64,000 nucleotides of DNA from Eledone cirrhosa (GCA_964016885.1 OZ024740.1:142290001-142354000); one strand, 5' to 3'; positions 42,780 through 57,611 are shown, numbered from the stretch's first letter. The notes: generated by a model not told the origin, from the sequence alone. Numbers and translations: made by a program.

Positions 42780-42992
42780 GGCGTGTGGCTGAGTGGTTAG
42801 GGAATTGGATTCGCAATCGTAAGGTTGTGAGTTCGATTCCTGGACCAGGTGATGCGTTATGTCCTTGAGCAAGACACTTTATTTCACGTTGCTCCTTCTA
42901 CCTGGAGTTGCGACCGATAGATAGTATTAGCAATTGGAAAGACCAACGGAAACATTGTTCCCTCGGTCCGATTTGACTAAAGTCGATCGTTC
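42780..42992 (+). mobile_element. tRNA-derived SINE
   Basis: Paralogue of 6857-7070. Confidence 0.75.
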
Positions 42993-42993
42993 C

Positions 42994-43045
<52 letters not shown>

Positions 43046-43671
43046 TTTGGGGGGAGAAAGAGAGATACTTCTTCCGTCTATACAATTTTACATGCTAAGC
43101 TTTGATCTAGCCGAGGCTATGGCAAAAGATACTACTTAAATGTCTATGTAGTGGGCTCGAACCCAGAACTTCATTAGGGCATCTGGCTTGAAAATAATGT
43201 TTAGTGTATTGTAGAGGAATTGCATGACCAACTAAATGAATGAAGAGAGAGAGTGTTCTAAATCAACGCTAACTTTTTCAATCCAGTGTTGCTGTGGGTT
43301 TACAAAATTCTGACACTTCGTAAAAATGTAATTCTTGGATAATTATGTTAATTAAGATTAGCCTTGAATATTTCAGACGCATTTATGTATGGTCGGTTCT
43401 TCACAAGGAATTATGTTGACAGATTAATTATATATGGTTGGTGTACCGATGCTTAAATCTGTCTTTTATCTAATATGGAGTTTATTTCCTCTAGTGTGAT
43501 TTCTTTTAGCAGAAATGATATCTACTTCATATACCATCGCCTCTGCATTGCATGAATGGTTAACCTATGTATTGCTGTATGTGCATATATACCCTAGTAA
43601 TTTTATTAGTTTGTGGATTCTAAAATCTAACAGAAGCTATTATCACCATATATGTATGTAACTATGTATGT

Positions 43672-44060
43672 ATGTTCTTCTAGTTTTATAATTTCACAAA
43701 TTTTTCCCAATAGAGAGAGAGAGTCGGTTTCTAATATAGACACAAGACTCTCTCATTGGAATTTACACAACATCAACTAGGTAGATATGTCTGCATGTCT
43801 GCATGTATGCATGTGTAGATATGGATGTTATTGTATGTGTGGATGTGGATGTTTTGAGTTGTATGTGTGCATGTGATTATATTTTGTATCTGTACAAGTG
43901 TATATGTAGTTATTAGATGCAAAATTTTTAGAATGTTTTACATATTTTACTGTTCCATTAATGGATTGTGCTTGTAATTTCCTAACTGGTTGTGTTCTTT
44001 CTGTTTCTGTGAAGCCCAGCTTCTCAAGATTTGTACTGAGGCAGTTAATAACATATCCCA
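43672..44060 (-). mobile_element. R4/Dong-like 3' end
   Basis: GYVINCLSTNLEKLGFTETER plus the family 1 3'UTR. Confidence 0.8.
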
Positions 44061-44083
44061 ATTACCATGTATGTATGTATATA

Positions 44084-44455
44084 TCTAGGAGAAGGAAAAC
44101 TCTGATATAACACCTGCAACCCTGATGGTATCCAATGATGTTGACTTGTTCTTCTTTTTGGTAAATATCATCTTGGTTAAGAGAGTGGGACTGGCTTTGT
44201 GCAGTGCCTTTGCTCACTATAAAAGCTTCACGGCATAGGCATTGCTTTATATCTGGAGATCTCTCTGCACTTGTCATCACATGGTATCATGGGCCCAGCA
44301 CTATGTGTCAATAATTGTCACAAGTGTAGTGTTTGTACCAGAGTTTTCAAGTCGCTGGCTGGACTAAAAAGTCACACTCGTTCAGCGTATCGGTAGGGGT
44401 TCTCCTACATGGATATAAAGTAGTGGCCGTACTCGAAAACGAGTTGGCAGCCACC
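44084..44455 (+). mobile_element. Bipartite RTE-type element, 5'-truncated
   Basis: Same family. Confidence 0.75.
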
Positions 44456-45067
44456 ATATGTGTGTGTATGTGTGTGTGTGTATGTGTATACTATCTAGCC
44501 AGGAGAGTATTCTCAATCCAGGAACTTGGCCCGAATGCTTACAACAGATTAGACATCGCAAAAATGACAGGGTCCATACGACGGATTATGACAACCCAAA
44601 TAGGCCACAAAAAGATTTAAATTCAAAAGTCAGAGAACCGGGACAAAATACACCAAAATACAAATAAATAAATAAATATAAATCAAAGGCAAAATTCCTT
44701 TGCTTCCTCTAGTATGATGACAAACCATTCTTCTTCTGTTTTACTTATTCTATTGTTCTTATACTCTAATGTAGGCCGTCACTTGCGGCAGTATAGTTTT
44801 TACTCATTCGGTCTCTCACACACATATGCTCACATGCACACACATACACACGCTCATACACACACATCCAGCCATCCATCCATCCATACATACACACACG
44901 AAAAAAATATACATGTGTGTATATATATATATATATATAACCAAGAATATAGACATATAAATGTACGTATGTATGTATACATATATACATGTGTATGTAT
45001 ATTTCTATATATGCATATGTTTATGCAGATATATGTATATATATATAAATATATATATATTAGAATA

Positions 45068-45396
<329 letters not shown>

Positions 45397-45434
45397 CACA
45401 CACACACGCACACACACACTTATATATATATGTA

Positions 45435-45495
<61 letters not shown>

Positions 45496-45626
45496 GTGAG
45501 GGTTTTTTTACAAAATGAAAAATAACCGAGGTGTCCTACACGAGTGAAAGTATAAAGAAAAAGAGATGAAATCGAAAATGCAACTGGAGTCTTATTTTTT
45601 TTTTAAATATATATATTTATTTGGTT

Positions 45627-45664
45627 CCTTTACCGGTTTCGCAGTTCTTCTGCTTTTCAAAAGG
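45627..45664 (-). ncRNA. Minimal type I hammerhead, U3-A8 variant
   Basis: cctt-TTGAAAA-gcag-aagaa-ctgc-GAAA-ccgg-TA^aagg. Confidence 0.8.
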
Positions 45665-45961
45665 TGAGTTGACATGGAGGGTCTGTGGTTTTTCTCACAT
45701 CTGGTTGGTCTCTGAATGTTACTTGTTTTATATGGAAAAAGTGGCTCGAAATGCCAGGTTTTTCGAGAAGTAATTTGATTGGTTTGTCAATAATTATAAT
45801 AAATTTCGCGCCAGTTCGCGTTACAATAGTTCTTCAAATAAGAGGGGGGGGGGTGTCACAGATTGTTTTTTTCATATATGAGTGTTTGAATTTCTTTTTA
45901 CTTGAAAAAAGGGGCTCATGAAGGCTTTTTTTTTGGTTGGTTGACCCTCCATCTCAACTCA

Positions 45962-45999
45962 CCTTTTGAAAAGCGGAAGAACTGCGAAACCGGTAAAGG
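45962..45999 (+). ncRNA. Minimal type I hammerhead, U3-A8 variant
   Basis: Inverted copy; aataaa follows shortly downstream. Confidence 0.8.
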
Positions 46000-46068
46000 A
46001 ACCAAATAAATATATATATTTAAAAAAAAAATAAGACTCCAGTTGCATTTTCGATTTCATCTCTTTTT

Positions 46069-46137
<69 letters not shown>

Positions 46138-46281
46138 TATATAAGTGTCTGTGTGTGTATTTGTGTGTGTGTGTGTGTGTGTTTGTGTGTGTGTTTGTGT
46201 GTGTTTGCATATTTATATGCATATATATATATTATAAAATAACAGGAGGCTGGACTGGTGTAAATCCTTGAAAGGTTTATT

Positions 46282-46339
46282 ATACTATGATCATTTCAAT
46301 GACGGGGTTCGGTATGAATCCGGTGATATCATCAGGCAT
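46282..46339 (-). ncRNA. Type I hammerhead inside a short element with 39-bp inverted ends (46233-46411)
   Basis: atgc-CTGATGA-...-GAAA-tgatca-TA^gtat-aataaa. Confidence 0.7.
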
Positions 46340-46411
46340 TCAAAATATAACAAAGGAATATAACAGATAAAATCAAGGATTTACACCAGTCCAGCCTCAT
46401 GTTATTTTATA

Positions 46412-46487
<76 letters not shown>

Positions 46488-46491
<4 letters not shown>

Positions 46492-48020
46492 ATACTTGGG
46501 GAGGGTCATATTTGTGTAATATTGCCAGAATTAATAACAGAACACACTCACTGTTTGGTTGGTTTTCGCTTTTCGCTTCTGTGTCTTTTATATCGGTAAT
46601 CTAATTTATTCGGTCCTCAATGTTGCCATTGACTGACCAACGGTCAAAAATAATACAGATACAATATAGACACAAACACATATATATAGTTTATCAAAGT
46701 TCTTTCGTTGCACATCTGCAACATCGTCAGTGGTGCTATTGTTTCCTCCCGTTACCTTGTATGTCTACGCCATCTTTATTTAGTCTGTTTATATATTTAT
46801 TTATTTATTTGTTTGTTTGTTTATTTTATTTTGTCTTCTTTGCGCATGCGTTTGCGTGTGTGTATAGTGTTTTGTTTGATGTGTGTTCGTGATTGGGTGA
46901 CTGTGTATTGGTTAATGTCTTTACTAGTGTGTGTTTATATGTGTTTGTTGTTATTGTGCTTGTGTATGTATATATATATTTATTTATCTATTTATTTATT
47001 TATTTATACTTCTCTTAGGTCAGTGTTGTTTGTTTGGGTGTTGTTGTTATTCCATTCATTATTTCTGTTTAGTCTTGGCCTTCTAAGTTCTATTTTACTG
47101 GCCTCTCTGATTTGCCTATCTGCTGGGTCATTTCTATGTTTAGATATTATTCTAATTTCTATGTTGTCTATGTTACCGTCGTGTTGTTGTCTAGCATGTT
47201 CGTATAGTATTGACCCGTTTTTTCGTCCTTTTAGTTCCCCCCAGTGTTGGTCTATCCTTTCACCTATGCTACGAGCTGTCTCGCCTATGTATGTTGTTGT
47301 CATGTTTCTGCAAGTACCCTCTGTACATCTTATGCTATAGACTACGTTTCTAGTTTTACTTTTTATCCGGGGGTTTACCTTACATATGATACATTTCCTA
47401 TTAGTACAGTGGGTTTTTTTAAAAGGGTAGGTTTTGCTGATCAGGGATTTTATGGTGGTTCCTGGCTTTTCTACCACCTTAATCTTTAAGTGGGTCTCTC
47501 TCAGGGCCTTTCTACACTGGTTAGCTAATTTCCCTCCAGAAGTAGCGTCCACAAACATGACACTCTGGTATCTCTGGTTGTCGTACCATGAGGTGGCTTT
47601 CCCTATCTTATGTCTAGCCCTATCTAAACTATTCCATGATTTGCTCCTGTATAATGGGCACATTCCTTTCATGTCCAGTTCTATGAGGGTCTTATACTTC
47701 TCCATGGCTCCTTCGTATACTCTGACTCTGTCTCTTTGGTTGTAGCCAGAGAACTGCATGCAGTTGATGAAGTGTTGGATGTGTCTGTTGGGTCGCACAC
47801 GCGGGACACATTCTTCATCACTCGTACCAAATCTGCGATCAGAATATTAAACTTAGCACTACTGGACATTGCTGAGTTTTTGAGTATCAGGTATTTGGAG
47901 GCCATATTACACAAATATGACCCTCAGGTATTTGGAGACAATATTACACAAATATGACCCTCCCCAAGTATAACAATATTTGTTTCGACACACGATTTCA
48001 TATAAAAAACCTCGCAAATC
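46488..48020 (-). mobile_element. 5'-truncated Penelope-like retroelement with inverted tail
   Basis: RT thumb, linker and GIY-YIG coding region; 3'UTR with CTGACGA-t-gttgca..tgcaac-GAAA (46695-46735); tail at 46488 repeated inverted at 47939-48020. Confidence 0.88.
47004..47905 (-). pseudogene. PLE RT C-terminus + GIY-YIG endonuclease (partial, frameshifted)
   Basis: MAS..SAM..ILIADLVR (47681-47914 frame), then SGY..PLYR..WY..KVVEKPG..C..C..C..VVYSIRC..YIGET..LNRNNEW (47004-47798). Confidence 0.85.
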
Positions 48021-48324
48021 TCTCTCTCTCTCTCTATATATATATAAAATAGCAAGAGTACATTTAGTGCTTAAGCATGGTGATTTGCAGCTTCATGATC
48101 AGTATTACTGTTGTTTGACTAATTTACAGGCGAACAACAGCAACTGCTTGTAACATTTTGGGAATTCAAATCACCATGTATAACCAATGAATACAATAAT
48201 CATTATGTTGTGTGAATTCTTACGATCTATTATATATGTGTGTTTGTTTGTGTGTTTGTGCGTGTGTGCACTTTCATTCATGTAAATATATATATATATG
48301 TATCTTAGCACACCCTCTTTGTTG

Positions 48325-48356
<32 letters not shown>

Positions 48357-48370
48357 TACATATATATGTG

Positions 48371-48483
48371 ATGGACCAGATGGACCCACACCAGAGTACT
48401 CAATACTTAGGGTAGTAGAGTGGGTAATAGGAAAAAGTTTGACCCGACGGCAGAGCTCTGCCGTCGGGGTCAAACCTTTTCCT
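48371..48483. mobile_element. Half-hammerhead family member folded at stem III
   Basis: gacggcagagctctgccgtc at the centre. Confidence 0.75.
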
Positions 48484-48570
48484 ATATATATAGTAATAAT
48501 AATAAATTTGATGGCTAAAATCCAAAGAGGGCTCGATAAGGATAAATATATATCAAATATATAAGAACCC

Positions 48571-48967
<397 letters not shown>

Positions 48968-48971
48968 GAAT

Positions 48972-49009
<38 letters not shown>

Positions 49010-49147
49010 GTGTGTGTGTGGAAGATTGTATGTATATATATTTAGATATATGTATATATTTGGGGGTGTCAGCACGTGCATACATACATACAAACATATA
49101 TGTATACCTATATATATAAATATGTGTGTGTGTATATATATATGTGT

Positions 49148-49205
<58 letters not shown>

Positions 49206-49399
49206 ATATATATTTATATGTGTGTGTATAAATATCTATACATATAAGCATAAACACATGCACACACACGCGCACACACACGCATATACATATATATATA
49301 TATATATGTGTATATACACATATATATATATACATATATATATATGCATGCGTGACGCGTGTGTATGTGTGTGTGTGTATAAAATGATGAGTGCACTCA

Positions 49400-49790
49400 C
49401 ACCGGAGTGGCACTTCGTCCTCCACTCGAGTTCGCTCTGCCTCAGCTGTCCTTCCACCATAGCACATGTTGGTTCCCTCAACACGCCACACTGAATGACA
49501 TAATTCGAAGGAGACTCGACGTGGTCGGCTTCCCGTCACAATGGGAGCCAGGTAGTCTTGACCGTGGTGATGGTAAACGCCCTGACGGGATAACTCTCTT
49601 CCCATTCGAGGGTGGTAAATCCTCATTCTGTGACACCACTTGCTGCGATTTATTCTTCGCTTTCAACCGTGACGCTTCAGCCCCAAGTTCAGGCACCATC
49701 GCCCGCACTGCCGAGATGAGAGAGATAAGGAAATACAGGGGCTTGACGGGCCACTTTCTTTTCATGCCACCGCCTAGATTTCAGGTGTCC
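49400..49790 (+). mobile_element. CRE-like RLE LINE fragment
   Basis: HATLNDIIRR..PSQWEPGSLDRGDGKRPDGITLFPF..G..DTTC. Confidence 0.7.
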
Positions 49791-50530
49791 ACCTCATCCT
49801 CCGAACTACTGTTTTCTCCATAAAATCGGAAAGACTGCTGACTGCCCGGGGAAGGGGCCCGTGGGGTGGCGGGAAGTTGCAGCAGGTGTAGCTAGCCATT
49901 CTTTGCCTTCACCATATATGTATATAATATTTTCTCTGCTGCTATTTCTTTGGGAAAATGTGTACGGAATGGGCACCGCCTTACCAACGCGAGATTCCAT
50001 AATGATTTAAGAGCACCCTGGATTATGGATGGATGGAAACATTAGTATCCTGTATGTGTGTACCTGATAGCTGCTGCTATTTCTTGCGTTTGATTATAAT
50101 TATGATAATTAGGATGCATAGAAACCTGATAACCGAACAACTTAACCACTAAGCCATCCACCTATTCAACCGATTAGGTACTGGAAGATGATTTAAACGA
50201 TTAACCCTGTCTCAAAATCCCTAGTATACTCCTACGACTCGACTATAATAGAACTGTATAGGTATATTCAGAGAGTAACTAAGGAGTGAACTTTTGAATC
50301 ACAATGCTCCAATTTAGATAGCACAGTGTGCCACCCTCAACAAATGCCGCCTTCTCAAACCTCCAGACGTCCTAAGCCTTGTGAATACATATAGAGAGAA
50401 TAGACGTACATCGTGCACTAACTCATCGGTTGAACTACACAGGCGGATTGAAGGCCCAGCCTTGTCACATACACTGTCTCAAGAATTGTACGTGACATCA
50501 TATGCATTTATACGCGCACACACTTACATA

Positions 50531-50581
<51 letters not shown>

Positions 50582-51169
50582 GTCTCTCTCTCTCTCTATA
50601 CATACATACATACATACATACATACATACATACATAAATACATACATATTTGTGTATGTGTGTATGTGTGTGTGTGTAAAAAGTAAACAGAAATAACAAA
50701 CCAAACGACACAGTACAATGAAGAAATATATTAATTTAATATTGTGTGCATATATGCATGCGCGCACGCACGCGCATGTGTGTGTGTGTGTGTGTGTGTG
50801 TGACAGTTGCTCAGCGTTGCTCTGGTAGAAAGAGAATAATTTTAGAAATTCTGTTATTTCAATTCGTTTGTGTTTATGTTTACAGCAGTTCTATCAGAAC
50901 CGGTGTTGTTTACGTTCCCCCCCCCCCCCCTTTAGTAAGTCGATAGACAGAGATCAAATCTTTCAAGTAAGTATTTGCGTCGATATGATCGACTAAATAG
51001 AAAACTTTGCTGATGGTCCTCATCTTGCTTGGCCCGAGTTCAATGTTTGAAGTAGAGGAGGGTTTTTTTTTTTTTTTTTTTTTTTTACTAGTTGCACAGA
51101 TATGCTTAGTTAAATGAATGTGAGCTTGTGAGTATATGTGTGCGTGCGTATATACATATATATATATAT

Positions 51170-51367
51170 AACGAAGGAAATGTGGTAAGGAACCAGGTGG
51201 ACCATAACGCACCAAAGTACTCAATACTTAGGGTAGTAGAGTGGGTAATAGGAACGAGTAGAACCCCGACGGCTGAGCTCAAGCCGTTTCGACGGCTAAT
51301 TCTAGACGTTTTAAAGAATTAGCCGTCGAAACGGCTTGAGCTCAGCCGTCGGGGTCCTACTCGTTCC

Positions 51368-51368
<1 letters not shown>
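51170..51368. mobile_element. Palindromic half-hammerhead element
   Basis: Family member. Confidence 0.8.
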
Positions 51369-51416
<48 letters not shown>

Positions 51417-51870
51417 TTGTGTGTGTGTGTCTCTGTGTGTTTGCAAAAGTAAACAGATATAACTAACCCATCGACGCAGTCACAGAACGATGAAGAAATA
51501 TATTAGTTTAATGCTACGTATATATATATATATAATCTATATATATGTGTGTGTGTGTGTGCGTGTGTGTGCGTGTGTATGCGTGTGTGTGTACACTTAT
51601 GTATGTATACTGGGGGTGTTAAATTACCAAAGTATGTTTACACTGTATGTCACTGCTATTTTATGGAAAGCTGGAAGGCGGGGCTATATCGATCCCTGCA
51701 CCATAGTTATTCCCTTAAGAGACACTAACGTGTGTATTTACTATCAACCTTATCCATCATTACCTCTTCCTCAACTTTATATATTTACGTTTAATATTTA
51801 CAAACGAAAGACCGAAAGAACAAGGATCTAAATACTTATATTAAAAACCAGTCGGTGATGCACACCTTTG

Positions 51871-52461
<591 letters not shown>

Positions 52462-53559
52462 CATGTATGTATATATATATATACACGCACGCCCATATAC
52501 ACATATGTCTTGCGAGACGAATTAAAGTGATACTGACAGTGAAGAGACAGAAAGAAAGAGAGGAAGTTCATTGATGGAAAGAGAGTAAGAGAGAGTGAGA
52601 AGTGGGGTGGGAGATGGATAGAGAGGAGGAGAGAGAAAGAGATTGAAGGGAGGAGCACTAGCCTCACGTGTCGTGCTATATAGCTATGTCAGTTGATTGA
52701 AGTTGATCGAACAAATTGTTGCTTTTATTTGTGCTGCTGCTGCTGCTACTACTACTGCTGCCTTTGGTGTTGTTGTACTTGTTATTTTCGTTGTTGTTGT
52801 TGTCGTCGTCGAAGTTGTTGTTGTCTGATGCTGCTTCAACGTAGAGGGGAATCCCGCCCAAGATGCCGTGTTTTCCACTCGACTATACACATCGGTGAAG
52901 CGTGGTGGGAGATTCTACGGAGATTGCTTAACGAAAAGGTAGGGCGCTCACAGCATCACATATTTTTCTCTTGCTGTTCTTCATCTTGCTGTTGTTGTTG
53001 CCGTTGTTGTTGTTGTTGTTGTTGTTGCCATTGTTGTTGTTGTTTAGCTCCATGCCAGGCTCTTTCGGAAGAATTAATCCTCTATGATCTGTGGTGTGTG
53101 TGTGTGTGTGGGGGGGGGGGGGGATTCCGCCGAGTTTTTCAAGGGACGGTAGTTTCTATATTATATTATTTGGTGTCTCCTCTTCATTTTTAAAACGACA
53201 AGCAGGACTCGTGCATATTGTTTATGGTAGCTACAAAATTAATTTGGACTTTTCATATTATTTATAGATGCAAAAATTTATTTTGTGAACCTTTAGATAT
53301 TGTGGATACCCTAGATGTAGTCCCCACCTCTTTATCCGCTTGTGGCCTTGAGGTAGGATTTATGGGAGATACGGCTGCTATTTCAAGCAGATTTATTGAC
53401 GGCCTACTGGCTCCTTCTTTGATTCGGAGTATCTTTATTATGTATTTTTTTTTTTTCATTTTTTTTTTGCACAAATACCTTGCTTCGTTCGACACACTTA
53501 AGTTATTCTCCGTTCGTTGTTGGAGAAGTGGAGAAATAACTGTTGTTGATATTAATATT

Positions 53560-53740
53560 AACTCCCGGTTAACACTGATGGAGCAGACCTATAATCAAAG
53601 GCTTTCCAGCCATGACCATCCTGTCTTCTCCAAGCATTGATAGACCACAGTATCCAGTGTAGTCTTTTCCTTTTTGTAATACGATATGGTGTGGTTTGAG
53701 GAAGAGATGGCTGCAATTTCTAGCAATTTCATAGAAACTC
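53560..53740 (+). repeat. Old dispersed repeat (ttccagccatgacc...gctgctatttctagca family)
   Basis: Related diverged copies near 1760-1945, 31100-31215, 53300-53410, 60120-60240, 60850-61020, 61945-62135. Confidence 0.55.
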
Positions 53741-53970
53741 CTCATTCATAGGTTTGAGGTGTGGGTTGCGTAGTCCATGGGTCTGTTTGTCATCCGTCTG
53801 TATATGTGTGTTTATGTCTATATATGTGCGTATTGCAATCTGTGTATGTGTGTGTTTCGTATTGATGTATATATGCAACTGGGTGCGGCTATGTTTATAT
53901 AGCTCAGCCTGTTGAATATATATTCAATGTAGCTTCTTAGATTTACATGCATTTATACACGTATAGACAT

Positions 53971-54015
<45 letters not shown>

Positions 54016-54452
54016 TACACTAGGACACATACACTCGCACACAGACAGACACACATGCATGCAGACACACCCATATACCTACACACACATATATATGTGT
54101 GTGTATGGATATATCTATTTATGTATACATGTGTGTGCGTGCGTATGTATCAATCTATGTATGTATGTACACATGAGTGTGTTGTGAGCGTATAAACATA
54201 CGTATTAATATTTTTATGGCTGACTCAGGTGTGAGAAAGGCAGCGTCTATGGGTTTTTCGAAGAACCGCGAGTTTGGTGGCTAGAAATAGGAAGGAACTC
54301 TTTACCCATGGGCTAGCCTGAAACTGGAGACCTAATACGAATGTTTCTATTATAGGAGACCAAGCTATTAAGATACCCCAAATCCAGGTGGTGGTGGTGT
54401 TTAAAAGAACTAACTATTAAGTCTACATACATACATGCATACATACATACAT

Positions 54453-54785
54453 GGTGGCTGCCAACTCGTTTTCGAGTATGGCCACTACTTTATATCCATG
54501 TAGGAGAACCCCTACCGATGCGCTGAACGAGTGTAACTTTTTAGTCCAGCCAGCGACTTGAAAACTCTGGTACTAACACTACACTTGTGACAATTATTGA
54601 CACATAGTGCTGGGCCCATGGTACCATGTGACGACAAGTGCAGAGAGATCTCCAGATATAAGGCAATGCCTGTGCGTGAAGCCTTTATAGTGAGCAAAGG
54701 CACTGCACAAAGCCAGTCCCACTCTCTTAACCAAGATGATATTTACCAAAAAGAAGAACAAGTCAACACCATTGGATACCATCAT
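54453..54785 (-). mobile_element. Bipartite RTE-type element, 5'-truncated
   Basis: Same family, in (TACA)n. Confidence 0.75.
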
Positions 54786-55237
54786 TGGATACTATACATA
54801 CATACATAAAAAGATACATACATACATACATACATACATAAAAACATACATAAAAACATACATACATACATACATACATACATACATACATAAAAACATA
54901 CATACATACAAACAAACATACATACATACATACATACATACATAAAAACATACATACAAACAAACAAACATACATACATACATAAAAACATACATACAAA
55001 CAAACAAACATACATACATACATAAAAACATACATATATACAAACAAACATACATACATACATACAAACAAACATACATACATACATACAAACATACATA
55101 CATTCATACATACAAACATACATACATTCATACATACATACAAACATACGTACATACATGCATGCAAGCATACATACATACAGACAGACAGACATACAGA
55201 CAGACAGACCGACAGACAGACACACAGACAGATACAC

Positions 55238-56362
55238 AAACAGAGGCAGAGGCTTAACATCAGTCCAAACAGCATTTGAGTGTTGCATCTTATCCTTCCG
55301 ACAACTTCTACAAACCACCAAGCGTAGAAGCTCATCTATAGTCTGTCTATATGAGTCAGATAAGATCATTAGAGGTGGGAAAGAGCTTCTTGAGAAATAC
55401 ACTCTGCATGATAAATAAAACGTCACACCTATCGAAATTGCACAGCAATACAACAATGAATCCATAGATGAAAAGCTGCATGTTTATCAGCTCATGCATG
55501 GCCTGTTGCCAGAAATCTTCAAAGTGAGAGTAATATAGATGAGCAAAGCAGCTTATTTTGCACAAACAACCGGTACATTGTATCTTACTTTAAAGGATAT
55601 GCTTTTGGAATCCAAGAACAAGAAATAAGAACGAAGCCCCTAATACAGAAAAAAGATAGGGATACAGGCAAAACATCTAGATGGGACAACAGATGCAGAC
55701 TTTGCGGAATAACATCGAGGATGTCACCCACATCATAAGCAGCTGTCCAAAGATGTCACCACGATACTATCGACCTATGCAGCAAGATATAGTGGCCAAA
55801 ATATCATACAATGCAATCCGTAAAACGGGTAGACCTGAGAATAGAAGTATAAAAAGTTAGTTATGTGGAAGACATATGCATACATAATATGAAAGAGTAC
55901 TTGTGGAATGTTTCAGTCAAAACACAAATAAAATGCAAACATAACAGACCAGGCACAGTTATATGGGACAGAGAGAAGATGGCTTGCACAGAAGTGGAAA
56001 TCAGCTGCCCAGCAGTTGTCAACGTAATGCTAAGGATTAGTAAAAAGGAGAACATTTACGCTGAACTAACGGGGAGTTTGCAGATACTCCAAACTGGCTA
56101 TACTTTTAGATTTGTACCTGTGATAACTGGAGCTATGGGGTATGTTTCTAATCGTCTCAGTACAAATATTGAGAAGTTTCGCTTCACAGAATCAGAGAGG
56201 GCACGACTAGTTAGGAGGTTGAAAGTACAGTCCATTGATGGGATTGTAAAAATAACTAAAACATTTAGAAATTCAGCATGCAAAAAACTGCATATACACA
56301 TGTATAGATACACTTAGAATTCAAAACATAAGATCCACACATGCAATAACACCCATACCTGT

Positions 56363-56424
<62 letters not shown>

Positions 56425-56745
56425 TGACATAAATATGTATTTAACTACTTAATGTCGGCTAAATTCCATTGAAAGTGTCTTGTTTCTATGCTAGAAACCG
56501 ACTTACTCCCTATTGGTGACAATTTATAAAATAATTGTTTCTACTTTTGGCACAAGGTCAGCAATTCACCAGTGCATTACTGGTACTTTATTTTATCGAC
56601 CCCGTAAGGATGAAAGGCAAAGTTAACCTCGGCGGGATTTGAATTCAGAATGGCAAGGACCGTACCTCTATGCGTCAAAGCATGGAGTCCGATCCTCTAC
56701 CGATACTGCCAATCCATCAATTTATAAAATAATAAAGCCAGAACA
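55238..56745 (+). mobile_element. Degraded R4/Dong-like 3' portion with a SINE (56536-56718, -) in its 3' end
   Basis: GRGLTSVQ, CRLC, RP..EISCP motifs; aatttataaaataat flanks the SINE. Confidence 0.8.
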
Positions 56746-56942
56746 TACAAACATACATACATACATACATACATACATACATACATACATACATACATAC
56801 ATACATACATACATACATACATACATAGATCTATGCTTGAATGTATATAATGGTGGTATTCTTGTATGTATAATATATATATAATATACAACCGTCAAGG
56901 TTGTTTTCCATGGTTATGTCACTATTTATAAAACAAATTTTG

Positions 56943-57007
56943 TATTTTATCTGATGAAAGCGCACCAAGTTTGGCTTGGTCGCCCTTGAAATATATATAA
57001 TAAAATA
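56943..57007 (+). ncRNA. Type I hammerhead ribozyme, canonical
   Basis: tattttat-CTGATGA-aagcgcaccaag..cttggtcgccctt-GAAA-tatata-TA^ataaaata; 8-bp stem I. Confidence 0.85.
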
Positions 57008-57140
57008 ATTATGGTTTTATAAATATAGTTTCCATTTATTAATATATTGAATATTTACTCCAGTAAATTGTTGAGTGCTCTATATTAGTTATAAACATTT
57101 AAGTTTGTTGGAATCCCAACAAATTAAATATAACTTCTAC

Positions 57141-57172
<32 letters not shown>

Positions 57173-57182
57173 ATGGCGATGA

Positions 57183-57340
57183 ATTAGTTTTGCGAGGTTT
57201 TTGATATGAAATCGTGTGTCGAAACAAATATTGTTATACTTGGAGAGGGTCATATTTGTGTAAAAATATTGACAATAACAGAACTGTTATTAATTCTGGC
57301 AATATTATTACACAAATATGACCCTCCCCAAGTATAACAA
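57183..57340. mobile_element. Tail-only palindrome of the 46.5-48.0 kb PLE
   Basis: Inverted ttgttatacttgg(a/g)gagggtcatatttgtg arms. Confidence 0.8.
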
Positions 57341-57360
57341 TATATATATATATATATATA

Positions 57361-57576
57361 TATTTATTAAAATAACAGATTAAAGTTTAAGCAAAGAATC
57401 GCTGCTTTCACCCTTCAATCCCGTTAAGGTTGAAAGCAGCGATTCTTTGCTTAAACTTTAATCTGTTATTTTAATAAATATTTGCTCTACGGTTCTTATA
57501 TATTTGATATATATTTATCCTTATCGAGCCCTCTTTGGATTTTAGTCTTCAAATTTATTATTATTACTATTATTAT

Positions 57577-57580
<4 letters not shown>
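57361..57580. mobile_element. TA-flanked palindrome (55-bp arms) with extended tail
   Basis: 57361-57480 hairpin; family fragments at 22001-22038, 28594-28662, 48492-48570. Confidence 0.75.

Positions 57581-57611
<31 letters not shown>

Larger units (their letters stand above)
45490..46074 (-). mobile_element. PLE-type non-coding element with inverted ~132-bp arms, each with an HHR
   Basis: Arms 45551-45683 and 45943-46074; TA runs on both sides. Confidence 0.8.

Noticed and set aside
52820-52945. CpG-richer segment ending in aag/gtaggg
   Set aside because: No recognisable protein; exon status unsupported
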